From Schmidtea nova (lineage: Eukaryota), in the NCBI GenBank assembly GCA_044892505.1, contig CM097882.1, positions 499,162,001-499,226,000 of the forward strand: a stretch of DNA of 64,000 bases. The letters are read 5' to 3'. Positions 13,301 through 24,109 of this stretch are shown one piece after another; position 1 is the first letter of the stretch; every line of letters starts with the position of its first letter. The notes beneath the pieces were generated by a model that made no database searches, was not told where the DNA came from, and saw nothing but the letters and a program-made list of their open reading frames with translations. Made by a program: the position numbers and the translations under genes.

Positions 13301-15769
13301 AGGAACTTCAGGCTTTCGAAAACAAGATTCACTAGAGAAAATTATTTAGACAATAAATGGGGTTAAATTCAGATCATCAATACTTGTCCGAATAATTCAT
13401 TTCTTTCGTGATCATTATATCAGTTTTAAGCATTATTTCGTATGATTCTTTTCCAACATTAGCTTCCATTGACTTGCGTTTTCGGATAAGATGACAGTTG
13501 TTGCGAGAGTGAAGGCGACGACGAGTAAAATGTTCTTGTACAATTATTTTTCCTAATGGAAAAGACATTGCTGGAGAGAATCGTCTTTACGTTTACATGT
13601 GGTATTATTATTATTTTTTTTTAAATGATAAATATTATAAATTCGGATAAACTACATTTATTATAAATCAAATATCATTAATATAACAACTTGCCTTTGA
13701 CCAAGCCACTGTTCCCCAGTTGGGATGAAGTGAACATGGATGTTTAGGCTATTCACCTGGACTCGGAAATATGGGCTGATCAATTTACGTATCGAACCAG
13801 CGATCCGCTCAGGCTACTTCTACCCGATCGGCACAAGGCCAGACACAGGCTTCAGGGGGTACGGAAGCAAAAAAAAATTTTTATTTATTTACTATTATTA
13901 TTTTTTATGGTAATATCTTTTGTGAATTTAACTCTGAGATTTGTGACAATAATCAAAATAAAAAATAAAGAAATAAACAGTAAAAATTTTAATAGTCATT
14001 CTATAATCATAAAATAATATAACAATAATAATATAATACACTAAAAAATATAAAAATATTACCGGTACGGGGTAATCGGACAGGCATGGTGTTCGATGAC
14101 CCCGCACCAACAAAAGAACGAGACTTACGATTTTCTTTTTTCGGAGATTAAAATTTAGAAATTTTCTGGCATAAAATTTTCACCAATTCTGAATAGAAAA
14201 ATTTTAAACAAAATTCTGATAAATTCCATTTTGATGGCGGTATATATACCATCGATTTTGCGTTACCTTCAGTAGTGTAATAAAACAAATTGTTCTAGAA
14301 TTTTCCTTTTAATTTTTCTAATTTAATTCTAATGATTTTCCGAAAATTAAATTCATATTTTTGTGTAATAATTTTTTACAAAACACAAATAATTTATTTT
14401 AATTCAAAATTTTTATTTTTGAATCGAAATTTGTTCGATTTGATTTAATTTACGATATTTCGATCAATATTAGTTCTTTTTGTTGTTAATGTGAAATATT
14501 TTGATAAAATCACAATTTTCGGCTAAAATTTTGTTAATTTTTTCTGCATGAAGGTTTTATAACACAATTCCGCTTTTATGGGTATTTTCAATGGGTTTTC
14601 CGCCTATTCTAACTTTTTAACGTTCTTCTTTTGATGGCATTCGATTTTTCTCGAGGTTTCAATGTAAGGGCTTTCAAACTCACAGCTAGCGCGTTCTCTA
14701 CTGGTTGATGTGTTTTGAGACCACTTCACCTTTTGGTGTTTTCCACTTAATCGCTTGGATTTTTAAAGGATTTTTGGGTTGAAACTAAATCTTGCGCTCT
14801 CTCTACCTATGGGGTTATCGCTTTATTAAAACAATTTGTGGTTTTTGCCCAACAATTGTCAGCGCCACCTTTTAGAAAGTAATTAATGTCAAGGAATGAA
14901 TTGTTGCTTGGGGTGTCTGTTGTTAAAATTCTTCCGTTGTTATAAATGAGGGCATACTCGTGTGTATTGAAATTATATTCTTTGTCTAATGAGTTGAATA
15001 AGATAGAAAATTTATCCTTAATGATTGATATTTTAGTGTTCGTTTAAGAATGATCCCCATAAACCCCACAATTATCCATACTACAATGGAAAAACTCTTA
15101 CTATTAACCATACGACTGGAGCTCGGTTTCGCCAATGTAGGACATTGATTGATGTTCGTCGAAGATTTGCTAATAGAATCTCGATACCAACAAGCACTTT
15201 CTTCTTCAAATGACTGGAAACTTACAAATCGTTGATAATTTGCTTGTTTCCATTATTTTATTTCGGTACTTTAAGTGTTTTCGCAATGATTCACAAAAGA
15301 CCTTCACTCTCAAATGATTGCAGCAATAAATTATTAGACTAGAAGCAAACCAAAATGACAAGTTTGTTATAGACATGACATTAGTAAGTTCATATTGAAC
15401 ATCGAAATTACAGATAAAATGTAGATTAAATTTCAAAGTTTCGAATGTCTTATACGTTTCTATATTTGCCACTAACCAATCAATTTAGAATGTCTGTGAA
15501 ATCAAAGTAAGACATGGAAAATTTAAAGATGATGCCATGATACCAACATTAATGAGTCTGTAGTATTTGGGGAGTAATAAGGAACGTCACTCCATACTAA
15601 ATCATAAGCACATCATTATTAATCAACAAAATTATTGGAACAGTGAATAGTAAAATGAAAATCAGAAAAACGAATAAATCATAAAATTCATCTGGACTGT
15701 AGTCCAATCTGAGGAAATTAAAAAGTTCATCAGTCTTCTCGGATAGAATAAGAAGATCTTTTAATCTTT

Positions 15770-16657
15770 TAACGTCTTTATAAACCAACGAATAGGACTT
15801 ATATTTTCTCTTAAAAGGGCCACACTTGACAAGCTGATTTGAATAACTTAACACTACATGCGTTAATTCAGAGACCGTATTTGTATCACGAACCAGCTTT
15901 ACTGTTGAACCAAATGGTGCGTAACTAACTTTTGGAAAATGTATTCTTGGATAAGGAACAAGATTTTTTAATGCTGAAAAATCATTGTATATTTCATTGT
16001 CGAATCTACTAGAGACTGTTAACGAACTACAAACTTGTGCTACCAATCTATTAATATGATGTAATGACGGCTCTTTTACATCTATTTGTTCTGGCATAAT
16101 ATCATAAAGAGATTCATTATCAATCAACAAGCTAATATCTACATCATCCATGCAAAAATATTCACTCAAAATACAATTATACTGTTAAATGATTGCACAT
16201 GATAAATTTCGACTTTGGATATTTTAGGATACTTACGTGAGTATTCAAATAATGTTGCAGTCATTCCCGATCCGATAACGCCTCATAGAGATCGAAAAAT
16301 ATGAATTCCTTGAATAGAATCATTTTTTAAATTCTTTCCTAATTCGATTTTCACATACGCCGACAGTATGGAAACCTCTTGCAAACTTGTTTGCAGCATC
16401 TTCATATCCATTAATCAGTTGATTCGAATGATACAACTGACGACAAGGTCCAGATCTCATTTGTTCAGTAACAGTCGGTTCAAGATCTACAAAGATGCTA
16501 CGAAGAACAAATTGACCAGACATTGACACATTGAAAAAAGTATTGTAAGAAACTTTTTCATCAACAACTCCATTATTCATTAAGCCGTCTTTTGATATAC
16601 CATGTTCAGCTAAAATCAGTTCCTAGAGTGCGGAACCAATTTGAATTTCAATTTGTT
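15770..16657 (-). pseudogene. Intronless, degenerate alpha-tubulin copy
   Basis: QIGSAL*ELILAEHGI, RSIFVDLEPTV, EDAANKFARG, RSL*GVIGSG, NRLVAQVCSSLT, KNLVPYPRIHFP and NQLVKC are collinear with alpha-tubulin. Contains in-frame stops and a frameshift near 16325. Confidence 0.85.
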
Positions 16658-17105
16658 CAGTGGCGTACCAAGGATTTCTGGGGCCCTTGTGCAGATTTTG
16701 GGACGCACAAAATATTTGTCGAACGAAGTGATCCGAGGAACTAAACCATAGGCAGGCTTGGGGGAAGGTGATTAGCAACTCTCTGAGTAAATTTGCGCAT
16801 TTTAAAACAGAAATAGTAGCGTTTCCGGTTGGGGTTGAAGGGATATTATAAATAATTTAATAGATGAAAGGGTGTGACATATGTGGTTTACAACTATATC
16901 CAATATAGATTCCTAATAATATTAAATGTATAAACCGACCAAACTGTGGTTGCTGTCTTAATTAAAAACAAAACAAACGCCCAAGCGATGCTTGGTTTGA
17001 TGACAATCGGGGAATTTATAATGCTCGAACGTATAAAATTTACTAATTTTTCGTCCTGGGCCCTTGTGCCTTGCACAACCTGCACAACCTATTGCTACGC
17101 CACTG
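16658..17105. mobile_element. Non-autonomous hAT-type MITE, 448 bp
   Basis: TIR CAGTGGCGTA...TACGCCACTG with perfect 8-bp TSD AATTTGTT (16650-16657, 17106-17113). Confidence 0.92.
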
Positions 17106-17121
17106 AATTTGTTCAACGTCT

Positions 17122-17658
17122 CTATATCTCGTTGACGTCGGTCAAAAACATTATCAATTGACTCATTGATTCTTTTCTCAATTCAATAATTTCCCGTGGA
17201 TCATCTTCAATGCAAGTTGCTTTTGGTTTCACTTCCATAAAACTGCGCAATATCACTGACCTATTAATCTTTTCTAATTCAACTCGAAGTTTCGTAAATT
17301 CACAAGTAAACAAAATCGGTTCGAGAAAATCCACATGAAGCTTCGACTCATCTTTATTTGACGACGCACTTAACAAATATTGAACGACTTCATCGCGAAA
17401 ATGGACAGGTATCCAACACGAGCATAATTTTTTTACATCTTTTATGACAACAAACGGATTCGGTTGCTGTTTGCAGTTAGGATAAAATTCCCTTATTTCG
17501 AGAATGTTTTTGTCTTTTCCTTCGTGTCTATTTCTAATGACATATCGTATTTGAGGACGCAATGGATTGAACATATCAGGATAAAAGTAAGTATATGCCA
17601 TAATTTGATAAATATATGAGATTAGGATTAATAATTTGTATCCCACTCCTGACACCAT
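17122..17658 (-). CDS. Hypothetical 178-aa protein, possibly PC4-like ssDNA-binding fold
   Basis: Open ORF. IRYVIRNRHEGKDKNILEIREFY resembles PC4 [20 protein letters not shown]. Similarity is short and judged by eye. Confidence 0.35.
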   Translation of the reverse strand: MVSGVGYKLLILISYIYQIMAYTYFYPDMFNPLRPQIRYVIRNRHEGKDKNILEIREFYPNCKQQPNPFVVIKDVKKLCSCWIPVHFRDEVVQYLLSASSNKDESKLHVDFLEPILFTCEFTKLRVELEKINRSVILRSFMEVKPKATCIEDDPREIIELRKESMSQLIMFLTDVNEI

Positions 17659-18921
17659 TTTAATCGTGGAATTATTGTAAATTTGCAGGTAATATAATAT
17701 AATAATATAATAATTGTAAAATTGATTTATTTAATTAATTTGTATTTTATATTACATGTTTCCACTCATTTTAACTTAACATTAAAACAAAACGAAAACA
17801 TATAAAAAATAGTAACTACAAGAGTTACTTACAATGGCAGTAGCAAGAAATGTCGAATATTGGGCAGTCTAAAATTTTAGGTTAATGAATACTCTATATT
17901 TATGAAACCATGGCATGCGCTACCCTCAGCCAGAGATGAACCGAGAAATTTTTCCCCTTGAAAAGACATTTTTTATCACCAGTAAACCTTATTTTAGCGT
18001 CTACGAATTCCGAAATTATTTCCCAACAATAACAGATTTTCTTTGAGCCAGTATTCCGTATACTATTTTTAAACAGGTCTAGACAAGAGCCTATCACAGC
18101 GAGTTAACTTCTAAATCAAAACTGTAGAGTCGCCGATACAATCTCCTGCAAAGTATGCCCTTCCCGAGCTACATGAAATTTAAAATCATTTTCTAAAAAT
18201 CTAGCTAGCTAAATCAGTTAATTAAAGACGCATTTTAGTGTTTACCATATACATATGCATAAATTTTTACCGACTGACCGATAAATTTGTTAGGAGTCAT
18301 GGAACTGACCTAACAGGTGTACGAGAGATATTGGTCGAGAATTCCATTTACCGATGATGTAATTGTAACAATGAGTCCCTGATGCGGTAGGTGTGCCAGA
18401 TATCATAATCGATTCGAATCCTGTTATTCTGTTCAATGATACGTGTGATTGATGATGGATGAATGATTAGAAATTTTTGGAAACACCTTGTTAAGGATGA
18501 AGTACTGTTGATGACTTGTTAGGATTGTTGAATAATGAAAGGCGAAATTGAGTAAGTAAACCATTGGCAATCTAATTTCCGAGCGATTCAATCGATATTA
18601 TCCAAACAGCTGTTCCCAGTAGTCCAAATAAATATTCTGGAGTAAATAATCTACCACTCTGAGAATCAAATCGTTCAGAACTAATCAATGTCGAGACTTA
18701 TAAATACGATTACAATCAATACGGCCAACAGCTTCCACCATAATTTCCTGCAATTGTAAACCCCAAATATATGCACAACATTAACCCATTCACTAGGATT
18801 ATTTATTTTTAAGGAAGGTGCACCGTGAAAATCAAATTGCATAACGTTTGGTTAAGAGGATTCGAATCTAATTTACTCTGACGAGAACACAAGTAAAAAT
18901 TTCTCATATTGTAATTATAAT

Positions 18922-19549
18922 TTGAATAAGAAATACAGTCATGACACCCAAGTCGACGAATATCCAACCAAATTCCAAAACCCAGCGCGGAAAAGATCCA
19001 CCATTTATTTCGGAAATGGAAAAGTCAATCAAATTGGTTTCTGGCCATTGAAGCAGGCCCCACTTGGAATATTAAACGATATTCACCGCCAAATCCGAAA
19101 CTGGCGCAATTTATTCAAAACTCAAGTTTCATTTGGCTTGTGGGAAAAATCCAATGAACACCTTTGGTATGAGGGAGGCCTATTATGGCCATTAGAAAAT
19201 CCTAAAATCGTCTCTAAAAATGGTTCGTACTAAGATGGGTAATCGCGTTCTGTATTATTCCGACTCGCAAGCTCCACCGACTAGAATATGTATTACTTGA
19301 TCGGCCGCGACAGTTAGGAAACGAGGAGTACCACGAAATCTCAATCTGCCATTTAAGTTCCATGGAGAATGGAGGGATTTCTCAAATGGAACCCGACAAA
19401 TTGTAATCAAAGAAATTTTCGTATACAACACAAGACTATGCTGGACCCTGAATCCTGATATTTACTACCCGAGTGGCATTGCCAAAGAGGAAGCCGAAGA
19501 AATTCAAGACTGGTCGTGCATGAATACCGAGGATGACTGGACACTAGAG
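18922..19549 (+). pseudogene. Disrupted homolog of the unit-D upstream ORF (ORF1-like)
   Basis: WPLKQAP..DIHRQI and FGLWEKSNEHLWYEGGLLWPL align with LPLKNIPTDLARQI and FSLHRNSPDIVTWHGSRLWPI of 51000-51440. Stops follow 19233; truncated by the hAT insertion. Confidence 0.5.
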
Positions 19550-20605
19550 CATAGTTTCTTAATCGGTGAGGTATACCTCCCTTGGTGAGGTATATTAATT
19601 TGTTAGGGGAGGTATGAGATTTTGTTTTTTTTGTTATGTTTTTTTAAATTGAAAATTAAAATTATTTTCCAAAAAAAATATAATTTAAAAAAATTCTTAA
19701 AAATTTAAACTTATTTTATTTATTATGTATTTATATTATAGTATAAAGTAATCGTTCAAATTTTAATTTGTATAATAATTATACAAAATAAAATTTGAAC
19801 GATTACTTTTTTGCAAAATAATTTAGCATTTCTCTATTTTTGTACATAATTATTTCTAATTAATTATGTTTGTTGAAATCAAGTAGGTTTTGAAAAATTC
19901 AAATTTTATACATTTTTATATTCAAGTATTGGGAATTGCTGCTAATAGTTCCATTTTATTTTAACCAATTCTACTTAATTTTTATATTCATTTTTATATT
20001 CAAGTTTTTTAATATTCAAGTTTAGCAATAGTTTATATTGGCTGCTGACAGCTGCATTTCTTTTAACTTGATTTAATTAGTATTTTGTTACCGCTAATAA
20101 TAAAAAAGAAATATTATGTCGAAAAAAAGGAAATAAAGTGAGGATTATGTGAAATTTGGATTTACATGCTGTGTTCGTGATAAAATCGAAAAACTCCAAT
20201 GCTTTCTATGCTCAAAAATTCTCTGCAATGATAATATGAGGCCTTCTAAACTCCTTGAACATTTTACAAAAATGCATTCAAATAATTCTGGAGACTCACT
20301 TGAATTGCTCGAGCAGAAAAAAGCTCGATTTCAGTCTTCAGAAACTTTAACCACGTTAGGTTTTGAATTTAATCAAAAACCATTTGTTGAAGCTAGTTAT
20401 AAAATATAATTTTTTATATCAGTATGAATTAAATATAATTATTTTTTTATAAATATATTAAAATGGTAAAAATAAAATAATATATGTTGGTAAACACTAA
20501 ATAAGTTTCTTATCTTTTCTTAAAAAAAATTTAATTATGCTGGAGGTGATAACATCAAATTAAATATTAGGTGAGGTATGATGTAAAAAAGGTTAAGAAA
20601 CCCTG
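19550..20605 (+). mobile_element. Internally deleted hAT (Buster/Charlie-like) transposon with transposase N-terminal fragment at 20116-20409
   Basis: BED-finger fragment QCFLCSKILCNDNMRPSKLLEHFTKMH. Imperfect TIRs CATAGTTTCTTAATC / GGTTAAGAAACCCTG; flanks CACTAGAG / GGATAGAG fit the NNNTANNN target. Confidence 0.75.
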
Positions 20606-20824
20606 GGATAGAGAGTCACCGGAATTGGGGCGAAAGGTGGAGAGAGAAGTGGAGAGAGAAGTGGGCATTCGCTGAATGGATGCACATTCGAGTAGACCTG
20701 TTGAAAGGCTTATCAGAACGCCAATTAATAAACTTAATTGATAGCAAGGTTTTTTGGAGTAAAACAAATGTATTTGATGTCTTATGAAATTGTTAATTAT
20801 CGAATATTGAGAATAAATATTGAG

Positions 20825-20935
20825 TATAAATACTGAACCGGATTTTACTAAATTTAATGATTGAATGATCTTTCTGATCAAAATTTTTTATGAGCTGAAG
20901 TTTATTATCAAACAACTTAACGTGAAAGGTATGAA
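20825..20935 (+). promoter_or_regulatory. Unit A putative TATA box, short first exon and splice donor
   Basis: AGTATAAATACTGAACC and CGTGAAAG|GTATGAA are both shared with unit E (58370-58478); CCAAT lies upstream. Confidence 0.55.
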
Positions 20936-21056
20936 CGTTTTATTTTATTGCTTTATATAATTTTTATTATTATGATTTCTGTCAAATGTTTTAACGATTC
21001 AATAAATTATGATATAAATTTTTTCTTTGAATTTTATATGACGAATGAAAGGTGCG

Positions 21057-21234
21057 CTCCTTCCACTGTGTAATCGGTGGAAGGAGGCGAAATAAATTGT
21101 TTTCTATCTATTTATGATTAGAGGGAGCTCCTTTTCATTGTGTAATCGGTGGAAGGAGGCAGACTTCACCGGGGTGGCATAGTTACCTCCGTGAAGTTAG
21201 GCCATTTTCATAGTATTCAGTGCCATGAAGACGG
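21057..21234 (+). ncRNA. Unit A three-hairpin structured RNA element (first hairpin duplicated)
   Basis: Stems CTCCTTCCACT/GGTGGAAGGAG, GACTTCAC/GTGAAGTT with inner GGTGGC-ATA-GTTACC, and TTTTCAT/ATGAAGA. Compensatory changes versus 58613-58720. Confidence 0.6.
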
Positions 21235-21892
21235 TAAGGCATTTTACAATTAAATTTCTTATGATATTAACCTCGGCCAGTATAGCCAGAATTGCTATTA
21301 GTTTTACATCACGAACGACTTTTATCTAGCAATAAATGAGTTTTATTACTTAATTTTTTGAAGTTAGAATAAATGAATTATTCTAAACGACATCGCAGTG
21401 TTCTGTAGAGATTGCCATCAAGGGTTTGGAGCATGAGGTTGTCAGAGATTTTTGTGAACATTAAGAAATAAAAACCGGATAAAGTTTCAGGGACTAACCA
21501 GCATATTTATCATTTAAAATGAAACTTAGAATGTCAATAATTTTGCACATAATACATACCGTGAGATATTTTTTAAGGGTACCGATTATATAAATTATCG
21601 ACGAGAAAGAAGCCCGACAACATAAATTTTGGTCAGAGGTTGCGGTGGTAGTAAAAAGCTCAATTGGAACGTTCTCCATATCAAGTATCATTTCTGATCA
21701 GTAACAAATAAAACAAATAAAAGTTATCATATCTGAACCAAAATTGTGCATATTGAAAATCAGGTAAGTAGGTCCATTCCAATGTATGCGTCAATGTGGG
21801 TAGCCTGCAATGACCTACCGTATCTCATAAGAAATATTTATCGATCAGCCAACTATCGACTAAAATCAATGAATAAAATTTAATTAAATAAT

Positions 21893-22020
21893 CTGATCCC
21901 TGTACATAGAGCAGAAGAATTCATTTTTATAAACTAAATTATTATCCTGATTGCTGTAGATAGCACAGGTGCAAATAAATATTCTAAAAGAATTTATCTG
22001 ATCGCTGTACATAGTGACAG
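21893..22020 (+). promoter_or_regulatory. Unit A array of three small hairpins, each carrying TGTANATA
   Basis: CTGAT-stem-GTANAT-stem-CAG three times at ~52-nt spacing; conserved in unit E. Confidence 0.6.
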
Positions 22021-22226
22021 TGTTTGAAACGTATAGTGTATTTTGCTTCATTTCCTAATTTCAACGTAATAATTAAATGAACCTCAAGGAAATCATCAGA
22101 TAAATCATGACATAGAACCTGTCAATATAATAAGAATTTTTATCAATTCAACCGAAACTCATTCATCAATAACTAATTACGAAAACTAAAGAACAAATAG
22201 AAATAACTCTAATTGATTTCAGGAAA

Positions 22227-22820
22227 ATGTCGACCCATCAAACAAAATCGCAAACTGAATTAGATAAGGCTTGGCGAATCATTCGCAGCCTCGAGAAGGA
22301 AGTTAACATAACAAGAGAAAAATTGAAAGAATCGGAAGCCACAAATTCTCATCTGCGTAAAAGTTGGTTCAGTCCTGAACAGATGAAGAATCAACTCGTG
22401 AAAAATCAACGGACGCAGAGAGCGGGGGAAGAGTATCGGACAGATCTCGAGGCAACCAAAATCGAGCTACGGAAATGCCTCAAAGCGGTCACCGCATCCT
22501 TCATCGACAGTGAACTCAAACAGCTAATACGGCCAGTTACCCACCAGCACTGGTCCGAGGAAAAAGCCGGATGTTTCAAAGGAACAAATACTGAAGGGCC
22601 ATCGCAAACCCTCGAGATTAACACACCAACAACAGCACTGATTACGAATAAATCTTCAGCCATTGAGATTAAAAAGAATAACAAAATGGGAGCGAGACAG
22701 AGAAGGTGGATAAAACAATTCGCCCAGAAAATAATTCATCACAACGACGAACTACCAGAAATCGACTTGACGGCAGATTTCATGTCATTGGATGAAGATT
22801 TTTTTAAATATTTTGATTGA
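22227..22820 (+). CDS. Unit A coiled-coil protein, 197 aa (only copy with no premature stop)
   Basis: Acceptor TTTCAG at 22217-22222 just before the ATG. Heptad-rich N-half, motif LEATKIELRKC...FID.EL..LIRP.T.QHW, basic GARQRRW and acidic-hydrophobic tail LPEIDLTADFMSLDEDFF. Four paralogues in the window. Confidence 0.75.
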   Translation: MSTHQTKSQTELDKAWRIIRSLEKEVNITREKLKESEATNSHLRKSWFSPEQMKNQLVKNQRTQRAGEEYRTDLEATKIELRKCLKAVTASFIDSELKQLIRPVTHQHWSEEKAGCFKGTNTEGPSQTLEINTPTTALITNKSSAIEIKKNNKMGARQRRWIKQFAQKIIHHNDELPEIDLTADFMSLDEDFFKYFD

Positions 22821-23053
22821 TTGGCTAAATTTAAAGCTCGATTAGATTGTACAAATATAGTTTTATTAATTCCTTTGTTTTGTAGTTCATTAAAATTTCG
22901 TAAAATAAGATAGTTAACAGGAAAATTATTATTAAATAATTTAAGTTTATACAGTACAAATTATTCTGGTATAAAATAATTAATAAAGATGGTAGATCAA
23001 CATTAGGATTGAAAGTAAAACATATCATAATTATTCGAATTAACTGTTGTTAT

Positions 23054-23310
23054 TGTAAACGGGGGCAGTAGCGATAAAATGAAAGACAAGGGATTCAATA
23101 AAGTAAAGTGAAAGTAAAGCGTAAGTCCTTCTATCGGCAGCAATGTACACGTGAACATAAATGGGGAGTAGTTCTAGAAATGTAGCTCACCTGCCCATCA
23201 TTGTTCAAACACCTTGCACAGTTCCAACTCGATTATCCAGGGAAATAATCGAGGGTTCTTGTGCGTCACGAATGCATTTTATGTTTGGTCGTGGATGGAG
23301 GCATCCCTAG
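23054..23310 (+). ncRNA. Unit A downstream structured RNA
   Basis: CCTTCTATCGG motif; long hairpin TGAACA-ATGGG/CCCAT-TGTTCA with GAGTA / TCACCTG internal loop; hairpin CTCGATTAT/ATAATCGAG; ends CCCTAG. 23074-23145 is identical to 60599-60670 (72 nt). Confidence 0.7.
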
Positions 23311-23984
23311 AGCATTTTAACTTATTTAATCCCATCCATGGCCACAACACTTAGTTTCAAATATCGGTCAAAATATTTCTTTTGACTCTTTGAATACTCT
23401 TAGTTTCAAATATCGGTAAAAATATTTCTTTTGAAATATTCAATCTGTTTTCTGTAGAAGATAATTAATTCTTTGATAATATGCTCTAAATATCTTCTTC
23501 AGTTGAAATATCTTGATATTAGTGGAGATTGTAAATTGGAAAAATGTATAAAATTTGATTAATCTTCTGCGTAAATAAAATTGACTGGAATTTTCTTTAA
23601 GCTTATAATTTTTAATTTTTAATTATTTATTCAATTTTCTTAATTTTTCTTTAATTTGGCTTACTATAGCAATTTGCTATAGCAAGCCAAATTTAAATTC
23701 AAAATTTAAATAATTAAAATAATAATAAAAATAATTCCCAAACCCAATGCACCTAAATAATAAAAAAGGGGGGGTTCCGGTATACACAATACCATCTACA
23801 ATAACCATAACAACAATACCAATTATTCCTGTACATTACACACATGTTAATGTTTTTATGTTGGCGGGGTTGCCCTAATGATTAGAGCCAATCAGTCCAT
23901 CAAGTAAATCCCAAGTTGAACCACACCTACCAACGCACCAACATTATTTATATTATTCATCAAAATAGAATCTGATTTAATCTG

Positions 23985-24032
<48 letters not shown>

Positions 24033-24109
24033 TCAAAACGTTTGTTCCTGATACTTTAAAATTTGTGGCAAGCGTTGCCGTTAAGAGAAATCGTGCACTC
24101 CACCAGAAT

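Noticed and set aside
13690-14112. GC-rich islands with TCACCTG, GTGAA/TTCAC stem and a PBS-like TGGTGCGGGTC on the minus strand
   Set aside because: Could not be aligned convincingly to the unit RNAs or tied to an LTR end.
14864-15040. Minus-strand frame ending LIYNNGRIL...DINYFLKGG, ubiquitin-like tail
   Set aside because: No start codon context and too little similarity beyond the diglycine.
21893-22040. Hammerhead ribozyme reading of the CTGAT...GAAAC pattern
   Set aside because: CUGAUC/CUGAUU/CUGAUA do not fit CUGANGA, and stems I and III cannot be formed.
22254-22355. Similarity of the unit A N-terminus (LEKEVNITREKLKESEATNSHL) to hepatitis delta antigen ([22 protein letters not shown]), with similar total length
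   Set aside because: Heptad coiled coils match by chance. The PWLG motif is missing, there is no rod-like genome or HDV ribozyme, and the unit has TATA and splice signals of a DNA-templated gene.
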